Part shown: positions 49,481-61,355 of the stretch, one piece after another | Position numbering within the stretch: the stretch's first letter is position 1 | Layout of the letters: each line of letters begins with the position of its first letter | From: Centroscyllium fabricii | Lineage: Eukaryota | DNA length: 64,000 bases | NCBI GenBank assembly: GCA_051313645.2 | Contig: JBNRSN020000025.1 | Location: 84,940,001-85,004,000, forward strand | Direction: 5' to 3' | Notes under the pieces: model-generated | The model's database searches: none | Seen by the model: the letters and a program-made list of their open reading frames with translations, nothing else | What the model was told of the DNA's origin: nothing | Made by a program: the position numbers and the translations under genes

Positions 49481-52247
49481 TCTGAAATGCGCCTACTTCA
49501 ATGCAAGAAGTATAAGGAACAAGGCAGGGAGTTAGGGGCATGGATGGCGGCATGGGACTACGATGTGGTGGCCATTACAGAGACATGGCTGGAGCAGGGA
49601 CAGGACTGGATGCTTGGGGTCCCGGGATACAGAAGCTTCTGGAGGAGCAGGGAGGGAGGAAAGCGCGGGGGGGGAGTAGCACTGCTGGTCAAGGATAACG
49701 TGACGGCTACAGAAAAAAAAACTTTGAGGGGGACACACGAACGGAGGTAGTATGGGCGGAGCTTAGGAATAGGAAGGGGGCGGTAACGTTAGTGGGAGTC
49801 TTCTATCGACCACCAAATAGTAGCAGGGAGGTGGAGGAGGAAATTGCGCGACAAATAAAGGAAAGATGTGGGGGACAGAGGGTAGTTATAATGGGAGATT
49901 TCAATTTCCCTAATATAGACTGGAATCTAGGTAGGTCAAAGAGTGCAGAGGGTGAGATTTTCCTACAATGCATACAGGAAGGGTTCCTGACACAATACGT
50001 GGAGGAACCAACAAGGGGGGGGGCAACGTTGGACCTGGTTCTGGGAAATGAACCAGGCCAAGTGGTAGAACTGGGGGTAAGGGAGCACTTTGGGGACAGT
50101 GACCACAATTCGGTGACGTTCACAATAGTAATGGAGAAGGATAGGAGCAGGAGGCAGGGTAAGGTATACAGGTGGGGGAGGGGAAATTACAACAGGGTTA
50201 GGCACGATTTAGCTAACACCAATTGGGAACGGGAACTTGCGGGGAGAGGAACGGAAGAAAAATGGAGAGTGTGTTCAGGGAGAAAATTTTGAAAGCCCTG
50301 GATAAGCATGTCCCGAGTAGGATGGGAAAAAAGGGTAAGATGAGAGAACCATGGATCACGAAAGAGGTAGAACAATTAGTAAAAAAGAAGGAAGCATATG
50401 ATAAAATGAGAAAACAGAGTACAGAAGGGGCGGGAAGGGAGTACAAAGAAGCAAGGAAAAATCTGAAAAATGGGCTAAGGAAGGCAAAGGGAGGGCACGA
50501 GAAGGCATTAGCGAGAAGGATAAAAGAGAACCCTAAGGCTTTCTATGCGTACGTAAGAAACAAAAGGATGACTAGGGTAAGAGTAGGGCCGATCAAAGAC
50601 AGCAAGGGAGAAACGTGCACGGAGCCAGAGGAAATTGGGGAAGCACTAAACGAATATTTTGCGTCCGTGTTCACAAGGGAGAGGGAACAAAAAGTAGAGG
50701 GGGAGTTCAAGATACAAGGGGAAAGGATGGGGGAAGTAAATATCCAGAGGGGGGAGGTATTAGATATTTTGGAGAAACTAAAGGTAGACAAATCTCCTGG
50801 GCCAGACGGGATATATCCAAGGATTCTCTGGGAGGCGAGGAACAAAATCGCAGAGCCACTGACCTCTATCTTTAGATCATCGCTATCCTCGGGGATAGTC
50901 CCTGAGGACTGGAGAGAGGCGAATGTGGCTCCCATATTTAAAAAGGGGAAAAGGGACGTGCCAGGGAACTACAGACCAGTCAGCCTCACCTCAGTGGTTG
51001 GAAAGATGATGGAAAGGGTCCTGAGGGACAAGATCTACGACCATCTAGAAAGGGGCAAACTAATCAGAAGCAGTCAGCACGGTTTTGTTAAGGGTAAATC
51101 GTGCCTGACCAACCTGATAGAATTCTTTGAAGAGGTGACCAAGAGTGTGGACGAGGGAAAGGCGGTTGATGTCATATATATGGACTTCAGCAAGGCGTTC
51201 GACAAGGTCCCGCACGGTCGGCTCATGAAGAAAGTAAGGAGTTGCGGTGTGAGCAGCAAAGTGGTGGGATGGATTGAGAACTGGCTGGCTCAGAGGAAGC
51301 AGAGGGTAGTGGTAGAAGGCCAATACTCGAGCTGGAGACCGGTCACCAGCGGGGTACCACAGGGGTCGGTGTTGGGGCCACTACTGTTTGTAATCTTCAT
51401 CAATGACTTGGAGGAGGGGGCTGAGGGGTGGGTCAGCAAATTTGCAGATGACACAAAGATTGGGGGAGTAGTGGATGAGGAGGAAGGGAGTAGAACGATT
51501 CAGAGGGATATAGACAGGGTGCAGAGCTGGGCTGAAGAATGGCAAATGGAGTTCAACACGGGGAAATGCGAGGTGATACACTTCGGCAGGGCAAATAGGA
51601 AGAGGGAATATAGGGTCAACGGCAGGATCCTGAGTGAAGCAGAGGAGCAAAGGGATCTGGGAGTATATGTACACAGATCACTGAAGGCTGCCACCCAGGT
51701 GGACAAAGCAGTAAAAAAGGCCTATGGTGTATTGGCCTTCATCAACAGGGGAATAGAGTTTAAGAACCGGGAGGTCATGCTGCAGTTGTACAGGTCACTG
51801 GTGAGACCACACGTGGAGTACTGTGTGCAGTTCTGGGCACCGTACTACAGGAGGGATGTGGAGGCACTGGAAAGAGTGCAGAGGAGATTCACCAGGATGC
51901 TGCCGGGAATGGGGGGAAAGTCATACGAGGAACGGTTAAGGGAACTGGGACTCTTCTCCCTGGAACGAAGAAGGAAGAGGGGGGACCTGATAGAGATGTA
52001 TAAAATGATGAAGGGGATCGACAGAGTAAATGTGCAAAGACTGTTTCCCCGGGCGGGAAGAACGACAACAAGAGGACACGAGCACAAGATTCAAGGAGGA
52101 AGATTCAGACGGGATGGCAGGGGCAAGTTCTTCACACAAAGAGTGGTCGGGGAATGGAATAGGCTACCATCTGAAATAGTGGATGTGGACAGTCTGGGTG
52201 CTTTTAAAAGGATGATAGATAGGTACATGGAGGGGAAGGAACAGTAG
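49481..52247 (+). pseudogene. CR1 ORF2p (endonuclease + reverse transcriptase) with three frameshifts in the N-terminal third; RT half is a 674-codon open frame
   Basis: ORFs 49487..49750, 49792..50292 and 50223..52247 join into one protein after single indels. Confidence 0.88.
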
Positions 52248-52547
52248 GGGGGACAGGAAAAATCAGAGACGGAATAAGGGCGGCACTACATTGAGGGCCC
52301 AAGAGCCTGTACAGTGCTGTATGTTCTATGTTCTATGTTCTATGTTCTATGGCTGAGATCAGGAGCTCAGGGCCCTGTGGCATTCACTGAAGTAAAACCA
52401 ATCGATTCAGTTGAAGCTTACACCTTAACATTTCACAAAAACTTCACAAGGATGCACAACATCACTAATCCTACATATAGCAACGCGTTACTGGGGTGTA
52501 ACGACAGCAGCACAATGCACCAGAGTTTTGTAAAGTCGATAACTTAC

Positions 52548-52675
52548 TGGTTTTCCTGAATTGTCAGTGGACAGGCACAAGTTTGGCAATCTTCTGGAGT
52601 ACCTGCTGTGGCATCACCATAATATCCAGGGGTGCACTGGTCACAGAACTCCCCAGCCGTGTTATGTAAACAGCT
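52548..52675 (-). CDS. HSPG2: HSPG2 exon, laminin-EGF ([42 protein letters not shown]), 128 nt, phase 0-2
   Basis: Acceptor ctcttaaacag|AGC, donor CA|gtaagt. [15 protein letters not shown] matches perlecan. Confidence 0.95.
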
Positions 52676-53744
52676 CTGTTTAAGAGATTTAAAAAAAAAA
52701 TCTTGCTTTAGTTCAGCACTCTCTGTACCAGGGTTGCTACTATGGTTAATCAGTGCATTAGTATCAAGATGTATAGGGGGGGAAAAAAATCACTCAGCTT
52801 AATGCACTTTCAAGTAGTGTTACATACTTCTTGTGTGATGCTCTTAACTCATCTCAGCTTGTTGCCACCACCAGTAACATGCAACCAACTCATCCAACAA
52901 TAAACTAATAATTTGTCTGGGTGACAGCGCAGCAGGCAACAGCCAATCAGTTGCTGCGTTTGCACCCCGCCTGATTGAAGTAGATGGGAAAAAACAATCA
53001 GGCAGCGTGTAAAAGAAGCTGGCGATTTGCTATTGTCTGTTCTGTGCTACGGCCCAGGATGAATTTCACCCCGTGATATCTCCGGGTGTTAGAATCAGTA
53101 CGGACACTGAAAGAGGTTTTGCTTTGGCCCAGTGAATGGGCCTGTCTAAGTGCTATAAAGTTCCAAATGTTCTCCCAAGGAAGTACCCAACAGTGGGCAA
53201 GGCAAATCTAGAAGTGTATAGCTGCGTGTGTTCCTCCACAGTGGTCACACCCAGCATTACGCTCTACTGAAAAGCTGATGGCATCCCTGCTGCTGGGCCC
53301 TGCACTCGCTGCCCAGCACTGGTTCAGTGTGGGTTGTTGGCCAAATCGCGACATGTGCGTTGATTCAGCCTTCCAGGGTAAACAAATGCAAAGAATGATT
53401 AAAACCGTTTTCTTCACAGAAGATGCAGCTGTTCACAAACGAACGTCCATATTAATAAGAGCATGAAGTGAATTCAAAATGAACATCAAATAATGCCTTT
53501 TTTTTTTTAATACATGCATCACTTTACAAAACATCCAGGAAGTAGAGTGTGTCTGAAGAATGTCCAGACTTTATTTCACATTCACATTGTTGCTGGTTTC
53601 GATTGTGTTTCAGTACATTGCCATCCAAATCTACTAGAAACCATTTGATATGCAGCTTACTTTCTCAAGACCCCAGGCACAGCCTCCTAACACTTCCTAT
53701 GCTAGTGAATATAATGCAAATTCCACAGGGAAAAGGTTCACAAT

Positions 53745-54380
53745 CAAGAGGGTTTGAGTATAGGAATAGGGATGTCTTGCTGCAGCTGTACAGGGTCTTG
53801 GTGAGGCCACACCTTGAGTATTGTGTGCAGTTTTGGTCGCCGCATCTGAGGAAGGATGTTCTTGCCATGGAGGGAGTACAGCGACGATTCACCAGGCTGA
53901 TACCTGGGATGGCAGGAATGACTTATGAGGAGAGATTGTGTAGTCTGGGCTTATACTCGCTGGAGTTTAGAAGATTAAGAGGGGATCTCATCGAGACTTA
54001 TAAAATTCTGTCAGGCGTGGACAGGTTAGATGCAGAAAGGATGTTTCCGATGGCCGGGGAGTCGAGAACCAGGGGGCATAGTCTAAGGATAAGGGGTAAG
54101 CCTTGTAGGACTGAGATGAGGAGGAAATTCTTCACACAGAGTGGTGAACCTGTGAAATTCCTTGCCACAGAGGGCGGTGGAGGCCGGTTCATTGAATATA
54201 TTCAAGAGGGAACTAGATATATTTCTTCAGGCTAAAGCGATTAAGGGATATGGGGAGAAGGCAGGGACGGGGTACTGAACGTGTAAAATCAGCCATGATC
54301 TCGTTGAATGGCGGAGCAGGCTCGAAGGGCCGAATGGCCTACTCCTGCTCCTATCTTCTATGATTCTATGATTCTATGAA
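53745..54380 (+). mobile_element. CR1 LINE 3' fragment (same subfamily as 41366 and 46899)
   Basis: RPHLEYCVQFWSP...QRRFTRLIPGM motif; (TTCTATGA)n tail. Confidence 0.9.
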
Positions 54381-54842
54381 TCTACAGCGGTTTAATTCAT
54401 TTGAAGCACTTTGCGACCTGTGAAGGACTGGGAAAGCCATGTTTGAGAATAAAATGGAGCAACACTGCGGAATAACTCAAGGGTGCAGCTGGGGGAGATT
54501 TGCCTCGTATCCAGCAAGCTTCCCAATACCACAAACTGAAATACTCTGCTGCATCCCACAGCTTAATGTTGGTCGGTCCATACATACCACATACAATGTG
54601 GTAAAATCTACAGTAACATACAACACTGGTGCTTTAAGATTGAGTAAAATGATCAGCACTAATTCCAGATTGGTATCACACACATGCACACCTCACTGAC
54701 TGTGCCACACGTGTAGTGAAAAGGCTAACTATCCATTCCTGTCTCACCATCAGCCAGAATATACACCACAACTTCACCCTTCGACACCTCCTTTTACCCC
54801 AATGCTTCCTCCATTTCTCTTCTCCTTGCTAGAGCACAGTTC

Positions 54843-55650
54843 ATGGAATTATATGACGCAGGAGGCCATTCAGCCCATCATGCCTGTGCCGGCTCTTTGA
54901 AAGAGCTCTGCCATTAGTCCCACTCCCCGCTCTTTCCCCACAGCCCTGCAAAATCATCCTTCACAAGTAGTTATCCAATTCCCTTTCAAAAGTTACTACA
55001 GGTTGAGCACTGTTAATCGGGACACCGTTAGTGCGGCAACTTCTGTCGTACGGAACTAATCCGGCCGAATGGTGTGCGCATGTGCAAACTGACCGCCGCG
55101 CTTGGCTGCGCATGCCCAGGCCTCTCCCCGACTGGTCTGCGCATGCGTGAAATGGCCGCTGCGCTTGCGGGCCGCTCCCCGACTGGTCTGCGCATGCGCA
55201 AAATGGCCGCGCATGCCCGGGCCTCCCCGAACAATTGATGCTTCGGCGAGCGCATGCACAGATCACTCAAAATGGCCGCCGGCCTTTCGCAGCAGCCATT
55301 TTGAATGGTCCCGAACGATTGATGCTTCAGCGAGCGCATGCGCAGACCATTCAAAATGGCCACCAGCCTTTCACGGCAGCCATTCTGAATGGTCCGTACA
55401 TGCGCTCGCCAAAGCTTCACTCGTTCGGCTTTTTCAGTAATCCGGCATGGGCCTGGTCCCGACCGTGCCGGATTAACGGTGCTCAACCTGTATTTAATCT
55501 GTTTCCACCTCATTCCAGATCATATCTCGCTATGTAAAAAATATCTCCCCTCTGGTTCTTTTGCCAATTATCTTAAATCTGTGTCCTCTGGAGACAGTTT
55601 GTCCTTATTTATTCTATTAAAACCCATCAAACTTTTGAACACTATCATTG
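54843..55650 (-). mobile_element. CR1-type 3' tail fragment split by a Tigger-like MITE
   Basis: Matches the uninterrupted tail copy at 56495-56715. Confidence 0.7.
54999..55490. mobile_element. Tigger/pogo-like MITE (family of 7134-7728, opposite orientation)
   Basis: TIR CAGGTTGAGCAC(T/C)GTTAATC with TA duplication. Confidence 0.9.
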
Positions 55651-56131
55651 AAATATTATCTGGGAACATAAGGTACCCTTCAATACCTCAGCTAAGTAAC
55701 TCTTCACCAAGTGTGTCAGCAATGGGCGGATCACCACTTCCAACAGGGCACCCTCACCCACTGAGATCAGTACAGGCTGGGGATCAAACCCAGAACCTCT
55801 CTGGTCTGCATGTTTAGCTAGCACTGGCTGACCAGCAGAACCACTGGGAGAGCAGTGACACACTTTTGACAAAGAAAACACTTCGAAGAATTAACACTTA
55901 AGAGTGATTGTGCTGCAGGCATTAAAACTTTCACCGTGAATGGGCCATCTTTCACTTTCCAACTCTTTGTTCAAATGACTCCATGGCAACCTTAAAAGGC
56001 CTTTGTAAACGAGAACTTACTCCTGCAAACATGGGACGGAGATACCTGGAGATCATTACTGATGGAGACATTACACTGCTCAACCTTTGCTGAATGACTA
56101 ATACACTGAAGTGGATCGTGAAAGTATGTAC

Positions 56132-56245
56132 CGAGCAAAGGCCAGTCTCTGGGTGACAGGTGTCGGAGTGCCCATTGCATTCACACAGCTCGCAGTGTCC
56201 CAGGTACAGGCCTCCTCCGGTCCTCGTGTAGCCAGGAGCACAGTC
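56132..56245 (-). CDS. HSPG2: HSPG2 exon, laminin-EGF (DCAPGYTRTGGGLYLGHCELCECNGHSDTCHPETGLCS), 114 nt, phase 0-0
   Basis: Acceptor tttctttcctag|GAC, donor TCG|gtacat. LE-type cysteine spacing. Confidence 0.96.
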
Positions 56246-56494
56246 CTAGGAAAGAAACAAAACACAAAGAGATTCACACATTGTCCTTTTTTCAGTTATC
56301 TTTGATTGCACTGGATTTTATTTTACCCGAGCAGAAACCAGAGAAATCAAAAATGACAACTCTGAGATTGGCATGAAAAGTACTTGCTGACCGACTGAGC
56401 CAACAGCAGCAGTCCTGGGTCCAAATCAACATTTCCAATACTCCCAACCCAAAGGACTCGTAGAGTCCAGCGTACAGAAGTCTTTCATTGGTTT

Positions 56495-56715
56495 ATAGAA
56501 TCATACAACACAGAAGGCGGCCATTCGGCCCATTGTGCCTGTGCCGGCTATTTGGTCGAGCTCTCCAATTAGTCCCACTCCCCGCTTTCTCCTGTAGCCC
56601 TGTAAATTTTTCTTTCTCTAGTATTTATCCAATTTCCTTTTGAAAGTTACTATTGAATCTGCTTCCAGTCCCCTTTCAGGCAGAGCATTCCAGATCACAA
56701 CTCAGTGAGTAAAAA
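56495..56715 (-). mobile_element. CR1-type 3' tail fragment
   Basis: atagaatcatacaacacagaaggcggccattcggccc tail. Confidence 0.7.
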
Positions 56716-57289
56716 ATCACTTTAATTCTCCCATCTTCACAATTTTCATTTATCTTTATACAACTTCAAACATTAGGGAAAGTGCTGAATTATGTTAAAA
56801 AGAAATAATCTGTAGATGAAGTGGGTATTGCATCATTCATACCACCACAGTCTATGCAATGTAACTTAGTTGTGCAACCTGCTATAGTAACTCGAATTAT
56901 AAATCCATGTATTCTAGGTGAGAGCCGGGTGGAGTTTGGTTGTCATAAACCTCATGGCTGAATCCCATCGGCTAGGGTTACTCACAGATGAACAGTGAAG
57001 TACTGAGGGCTGCCTCTCCTCACTGTAGAGTACTCCGCATACTAACGGCGAGCATGGGTGGGAACACAAGGCTTTAAGCACTGTGCCAGGAGCCTTGATT
57101 TCCAATAGTTACTCCAGTCACCTCGATCAGTGGATGCCCAGGTCTCCTGCTGTTTTTCACTGCAGAGTGGATCACTGTGCAGGACTTATCGCTTTACTGA
57201 TCATATACAGTACAACCTAAAAACAAAAACTAAATTAAAAGGTAAAGCGAAAGGAAAGTGTTAAGAGGAGATAGTGTGTGGACCTCATC

Positions 57290-57652
57290 CTTGTGTTCAA
57301 ACCCCTCCATAGCCTCTAACCTCCTGCAGCCCCACAACCTCCACCGAGATCTCTGTGGTCCTCTAATTCTGGCCCCTTGCGCATCCCTGATTTCAAATCG
57401 CTCCACCATTGGCGGCCGTGCCTTCAGCTGCCTGGGCTCTGAGCTCTGGAATTCCCTCCATAAACCCCTCCGCCTCTAGTTCCTCCTTTAAGACGCTTCT
57501 TAAAACCTCCCTCTTGGACCAAGCTTTGGGTCATCTGCCTAATATCTATTATGTGGCTCGGTGTCAAATTTTGTTTGATAATCGCTCCTGTGAAGCGCCT
57601 CGGGACATTTTACTATGTTAAAGGCGATATATAAATGCAAGTTGTTGTTGTA
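57290..57652 (+). mobile_element. L2 LINE 3' fragment
   Basis: GGRAFSCLGSELWNSL motif; tail aaaggcgatatataaatgcaagttgttgttg. Confidence 0.75.
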
Positions 57653-57714
57653 AATGACATTACAATAAGTTACAGTTTCATAGAAAGACCATGGGCCAAT
57701 TCTGCTGTAATCAC

Positions 57715-57945
57715 CTGACAAGACAAGCCGTGGTATGCCAGGGGGCAGCGACATTCTTCCACTTGCAGTGCCTGCCCCAGATTGGTGTAGAAGGGCACTG
57801 CAATCTCCATGCTCACATCGGAGAGGCTGGCGGAGATCATGTCAGTCGAGTAGGTGGCACGGATGAGAACTTCATCCAAGTCAGCGAGGACCATCAGGAG
57901 ATGTTCTCGGGTGGCCTGCTGACCATCCGGCCGCTTCCAGAATTG
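57715..57945 (-). CDS. HSPG2: HSPG2 exon, laminin IV-B end plus LE start (QFWKRPDGQQATREHLLMVLADLDEVLIRATY...VEECRCPLAYHGLSCQ), 231 nt, phase 0-0
   Basis: Acceptor ttttatttcag|CAA, donor CAG|gtgatt. Lies within ORF 57670..57993. Confidence 0.96.
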
Positions 57946-58079
57946 CTGAAATAAAAGAACAGATTCAGATTGTGTGACTGACTCCTGAGTCACTACTTAC
58001 ACTGCCATATGCACCAGGAGTAAATGTGCAGCTTTGCTGTTTGTTGTACTGTCCTGTACACTGAACAGAGTTTATCGTC

Positions 58080-60088
58080 ATCAAACAATCGTTTCCAAGA
58101 CTGTCACTGACCTCATCACCTCTGGAGATCTTCCCTCCATGGCTGCTAACCTCAGTCCCCCAACCTTGCTTCTACCTCCTTCCCAAGATCCAACAACAGG
58201 GCTGCCCTGGTAGACCCATTGTTTCAGCATGTTCTTGCCCCACAGAACTGATTTCTTCCTATCTCGACTCTATTTTTTCTCCCCTTGTCCAGTCCCTTCC
58301 CACCTACACTTGAGGCTCTTCGAACGCCCTCCGCCACTTTAACAGTTTCCAGTTTACTGGCCCCAACCGCCTCCTTTTCACGATGGGCGTACAACCCCTC
58401 TACACCTCCATCGCCCACCAGGATGGCCTGAGGGCACTCCGCTTCTCCCTTGAACAGAGGCCCAACCAGTCCCCATCCACCACCACCCTCCTCCGCCTGG
58501 CTGAACTTGTTCTCACATTGAACAACTTCTCCTTTGACTCCACTCACTCCCTGCAAATCAAAGGTGTTGCTATGAGAACCCGCATGGGTCCTAGCTATGC
58601 CTGCCTTTTCGTGGGATATGTGGAGCACTCTTTGTTCCAGTCCTACTCGGGTCCCCTCCCTCACCTCTTTTTCTGGAATCTGATGATGTATCGGTGCCAT
58701 TTGGTGCTCTTGCCCTAAACTAGACAATTTCATTCACTTTGCTTCCAATTTCCACCCTTCCCTCACCTTCACATGGTCCATCTCAGACTCTTACCGTCCC
58801 TTCCTCGATTTCTCGGTCTCCATTTCTGGAGACAGGCTATCGACCAACATCCACCATAAGCCAACCGACTCCCACAGCTACCTGGACTACACTTCCTCCC
58901 ACCCCGCTTCCTGTAAGGACTCTATTCCATTCTCCCAGTTTCTCCGTCTCCGCCGCATCTGTTCTAACAATGGCACCTTCCATCCGAGTGCTTCTGGTAT
59001 GTCTTCCTTTTTCCCTCAACCGAGGATTCCCTTCTACCGTGGTCGACACGGCCCTCGACCATGTCCGTTCTATCTCCCGCACATCTGCCCTAGCCCCTTC
59101 CCCTCCCTCCCAGTACCATGATAGAGTTCCCCTTGTCCTCACCTTTCACCCCACCAGCCTCCACATTCGACGGATCATCCTGCGCCATTTCCGCCATCTC
59201 CAGCGTGATCCCACCACCAAACACATCTTCCCCATCCCTCTCAGCATTCTGAAGGGAGTGCTCCCTCCACGACACCCTAGTTCACTCCTCTATCACCCCC
59301 AGCACCTCTTCCCCTTCACCCGGCACCTTCACATTCAAGTGCAGGAGATGCAACACCTGCCCTGTTTACCTATCCCTTCCCACCGTCCAGGGCCCCAAAC
59401 ACTCCTTCCAGGTAAAGCAGCGATTTACTTGTATTTCTTGCAATCTAGTATACTGTATTCGCTGGTCATGATGTGGTCTCCTCTACCTTGGGGAGACCAA
59501 ACACAGATTGGGTGACCACTTTGCGGAACACCTCCGTTCAGTCCGCAAGTGTGACCTCGAGCTTCCGGTCGCCTGTCACTTTAATTCTCCGCTCCACTCC
59601 CACTCTGATCTCTCTGTCCTCGGCCTCTTACACTGCTCCAATGAAGCGCAACATAAGCTCGAGGAACAGCACCTCCTCTTTCGATTAGGCACTTTACAGC
59701 CTTCTGGACTCAACATCGAGTTCAACAATTTCAGACTATAAACTCGGCCCCTGTATTTCTTGATATATTTTTTTCTCTTGTTTTCTCACATGGTAGCTGT
59801 TAATGTTGCTGCCATCATCATTCACGCCTCATCTAGAGCCATCTTTTGTTTCTTACCTTGTCCCATTTCCTCTCCTTTTGCCTCGCACCATCATCCCATT
59901 GTCCGTCAATCTCTCCTGCCTTCCATCCTATCACAGACCTTCCCTTGGTTCTTTCCTCCCCGCCCCTGCTTAAAAATCTCTCCTTGAACCTTTTCCAGTT
60001 CTGATGAAGGGTCCCCGACCTGAAACATTGACTGTTTCTCTCTCCTCGATGCTGCCTGACCTGTTTCCAGCATTGTCTGTTGTTATTT
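58080..60088 (+). mobile_element. Penelope-like element (RT + GIY-YIG endonuclease), degenerate and 5'-truncated
   Basis: LYTSI.HQDGL, G.AM.TRMGPSYACLF and YCI...CGLLYLGET...FAEHLRSV motifs; 14-bp TSD CAGAGTTTATCGTC (58066-58079, 60089-60102); hammerhead-like 3' end. Confidence 0.88.
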
Positions 60089-60627
60089 CAGAGTTTATCG
60101 TCGACGGTTTCCAATTATAACAGAACTCCATATATTTTTTTTTAATCATGTTAATCTATTTATGGCGCAAATTGTTTCGCTACATTACTCAGCACGGCAA
60201 AGGGTCCAAATATCTATAGATCCAAGTCCAAAATTAGGAAGTTAGGAGTAAAAGGGAACTCGGGCAGAACCCCTGCACCCCAAGAGCAACAGTCCTGTGG
60301 AGAAAGCTACCAGGCAAGGGCACTGACAGCACCAGTATCAATGGGATTGGGAAGCTGTGAATGTGTTTCTGGAAAGAAAAGGGACACCAGGCTATGATGA
60401 GGTCGATAGTTGGGTTAACCCATTGAAAAGGGGCAGGCTTGTTGTATTGACTCACCTTTTTCATTCCAGAAAATGTCCGTTCTCACTACCCAATGTACCT
60501 TCAGATGTTCCTTTCCCCATTCCCATAATCTAACTCATCTTCAAGATGCTAATGGTCTTCATTTTACCATTAGCAAAGATAGTTAGTGAAGGAATGTTGC
60601 AATGGAACTCAAAATTTAAGCCTTTAC

Positions 60628-60711
60628 CTCCTTGAACATGACCTCGATGGATTTGGTCTCCCTCGGCCGCAGCTGGAGATGGTGGTAGCTCACCAGTGTG
60701 ATGTCATTACC
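60628..60711 (-). CDS. HSPG2: HSPG2 exon, laminin IV-B domain (GNDITLVSYHHLQLRPRETKSIEVMFKE), 84 nt, phase 0-0
   Basis: Acceptor atctttcag|GGT, donor GAG|gtaaag. Similar to recalled human GNNIMLVASQPALQGPERRSYEIMFRE. Confidence 0.9.
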
Positions 60712-60994
60712 CTGAAAGATCACACAAGCAACATTTTCAGATAAACAATCTACAGATCTGTACACTGCAATCCAATAATCACTCATGCAAAAAGGGTTGG
60801 ATAATGATTCTTTTTATACTTTAAATAAAAACAACCATCACTAAATCAGGAGAGTTCTCTCTTTAACAGAGAATGCTCTTGCCGCGGTGCTGAGCCCCTT
60901 CAACAGCTGAAGTTGTGGAGTGGGTTCCTCCAAGAATTTCAACAAATTGAAATATGTGCCAACAGTATGCCTTCAAACTTGAGTAACGTATCAC

Positions 60995-61355
60995 AGAATC
61001 ATAGAATAGTACAGCACAGAAGGAAGCCATTCGGCCTATCGAGACTGTCTCTTCCAAAGAGCAATCCAGTTAGTCCCACTCCCCCGCTCTTTCCCTGCAA
61101 CTTTTTCTCCTGCAAGTATTCGTTCAATTCCCTATTGAAGGCTTCTATTGAATCAGTATCCACCACCCTATCAGGCAGCGCGTGCCAAACCCTAACCACT
61201 CGTTGCGAAAAGGGTTTTCCCGCAACTCGCCTCTGGTTCTTTTGCCAATCACCTTAAACCTGTCCCCTCTGGGTACCGACCCTTCAGCCACTGGAAACAG
61301 TTTCTCTTTATTTACTCAATCAAACCCCTTCACCATTTAAACACCTCCATCAATT
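60995..61355 (-). mobile_element. CR1 LINE 3' fragment
   Basis: VVRVWHALPDRVV..DSIEAF.RELNEYL motif plus tail. Confidence 0.75.

Larger units (their letters stand above)
48755..52350 (+). mobile_element. Young 5'-truncated CR1 LINE: ORF1 SGNH esterase plus ORF2 (APE-RT)
   Basis: ORF1 GDSMVR/CFPGA/HIGTND/DGLHLN; ORF2 YFNARS, ITETWL, GDFNFP, SDHN, YMDFSKAFDKVPH, FADDTK; (TATGTTC)n tail. Confidence 0.95.
1620..60711 (-). other. HSPG2: Perlecan (heparan sulfate proteoglycan 2) gene, internal portion; continues beyond both window ends
   Basis: Colinear series of minus-strand exons with GT-AG ends and compatible phases. They translate to a laminin IV-B domain, LE repeats, then Ig repeats, closely matching recalled human perlecan (e.g. 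ATREHLLM.LADLDE, DCAPGYTRTG.GLYLGHCELCECNGHSD, SPAYTLVWTR, YVCTGSNMFAMD). Confidence 0.97.
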
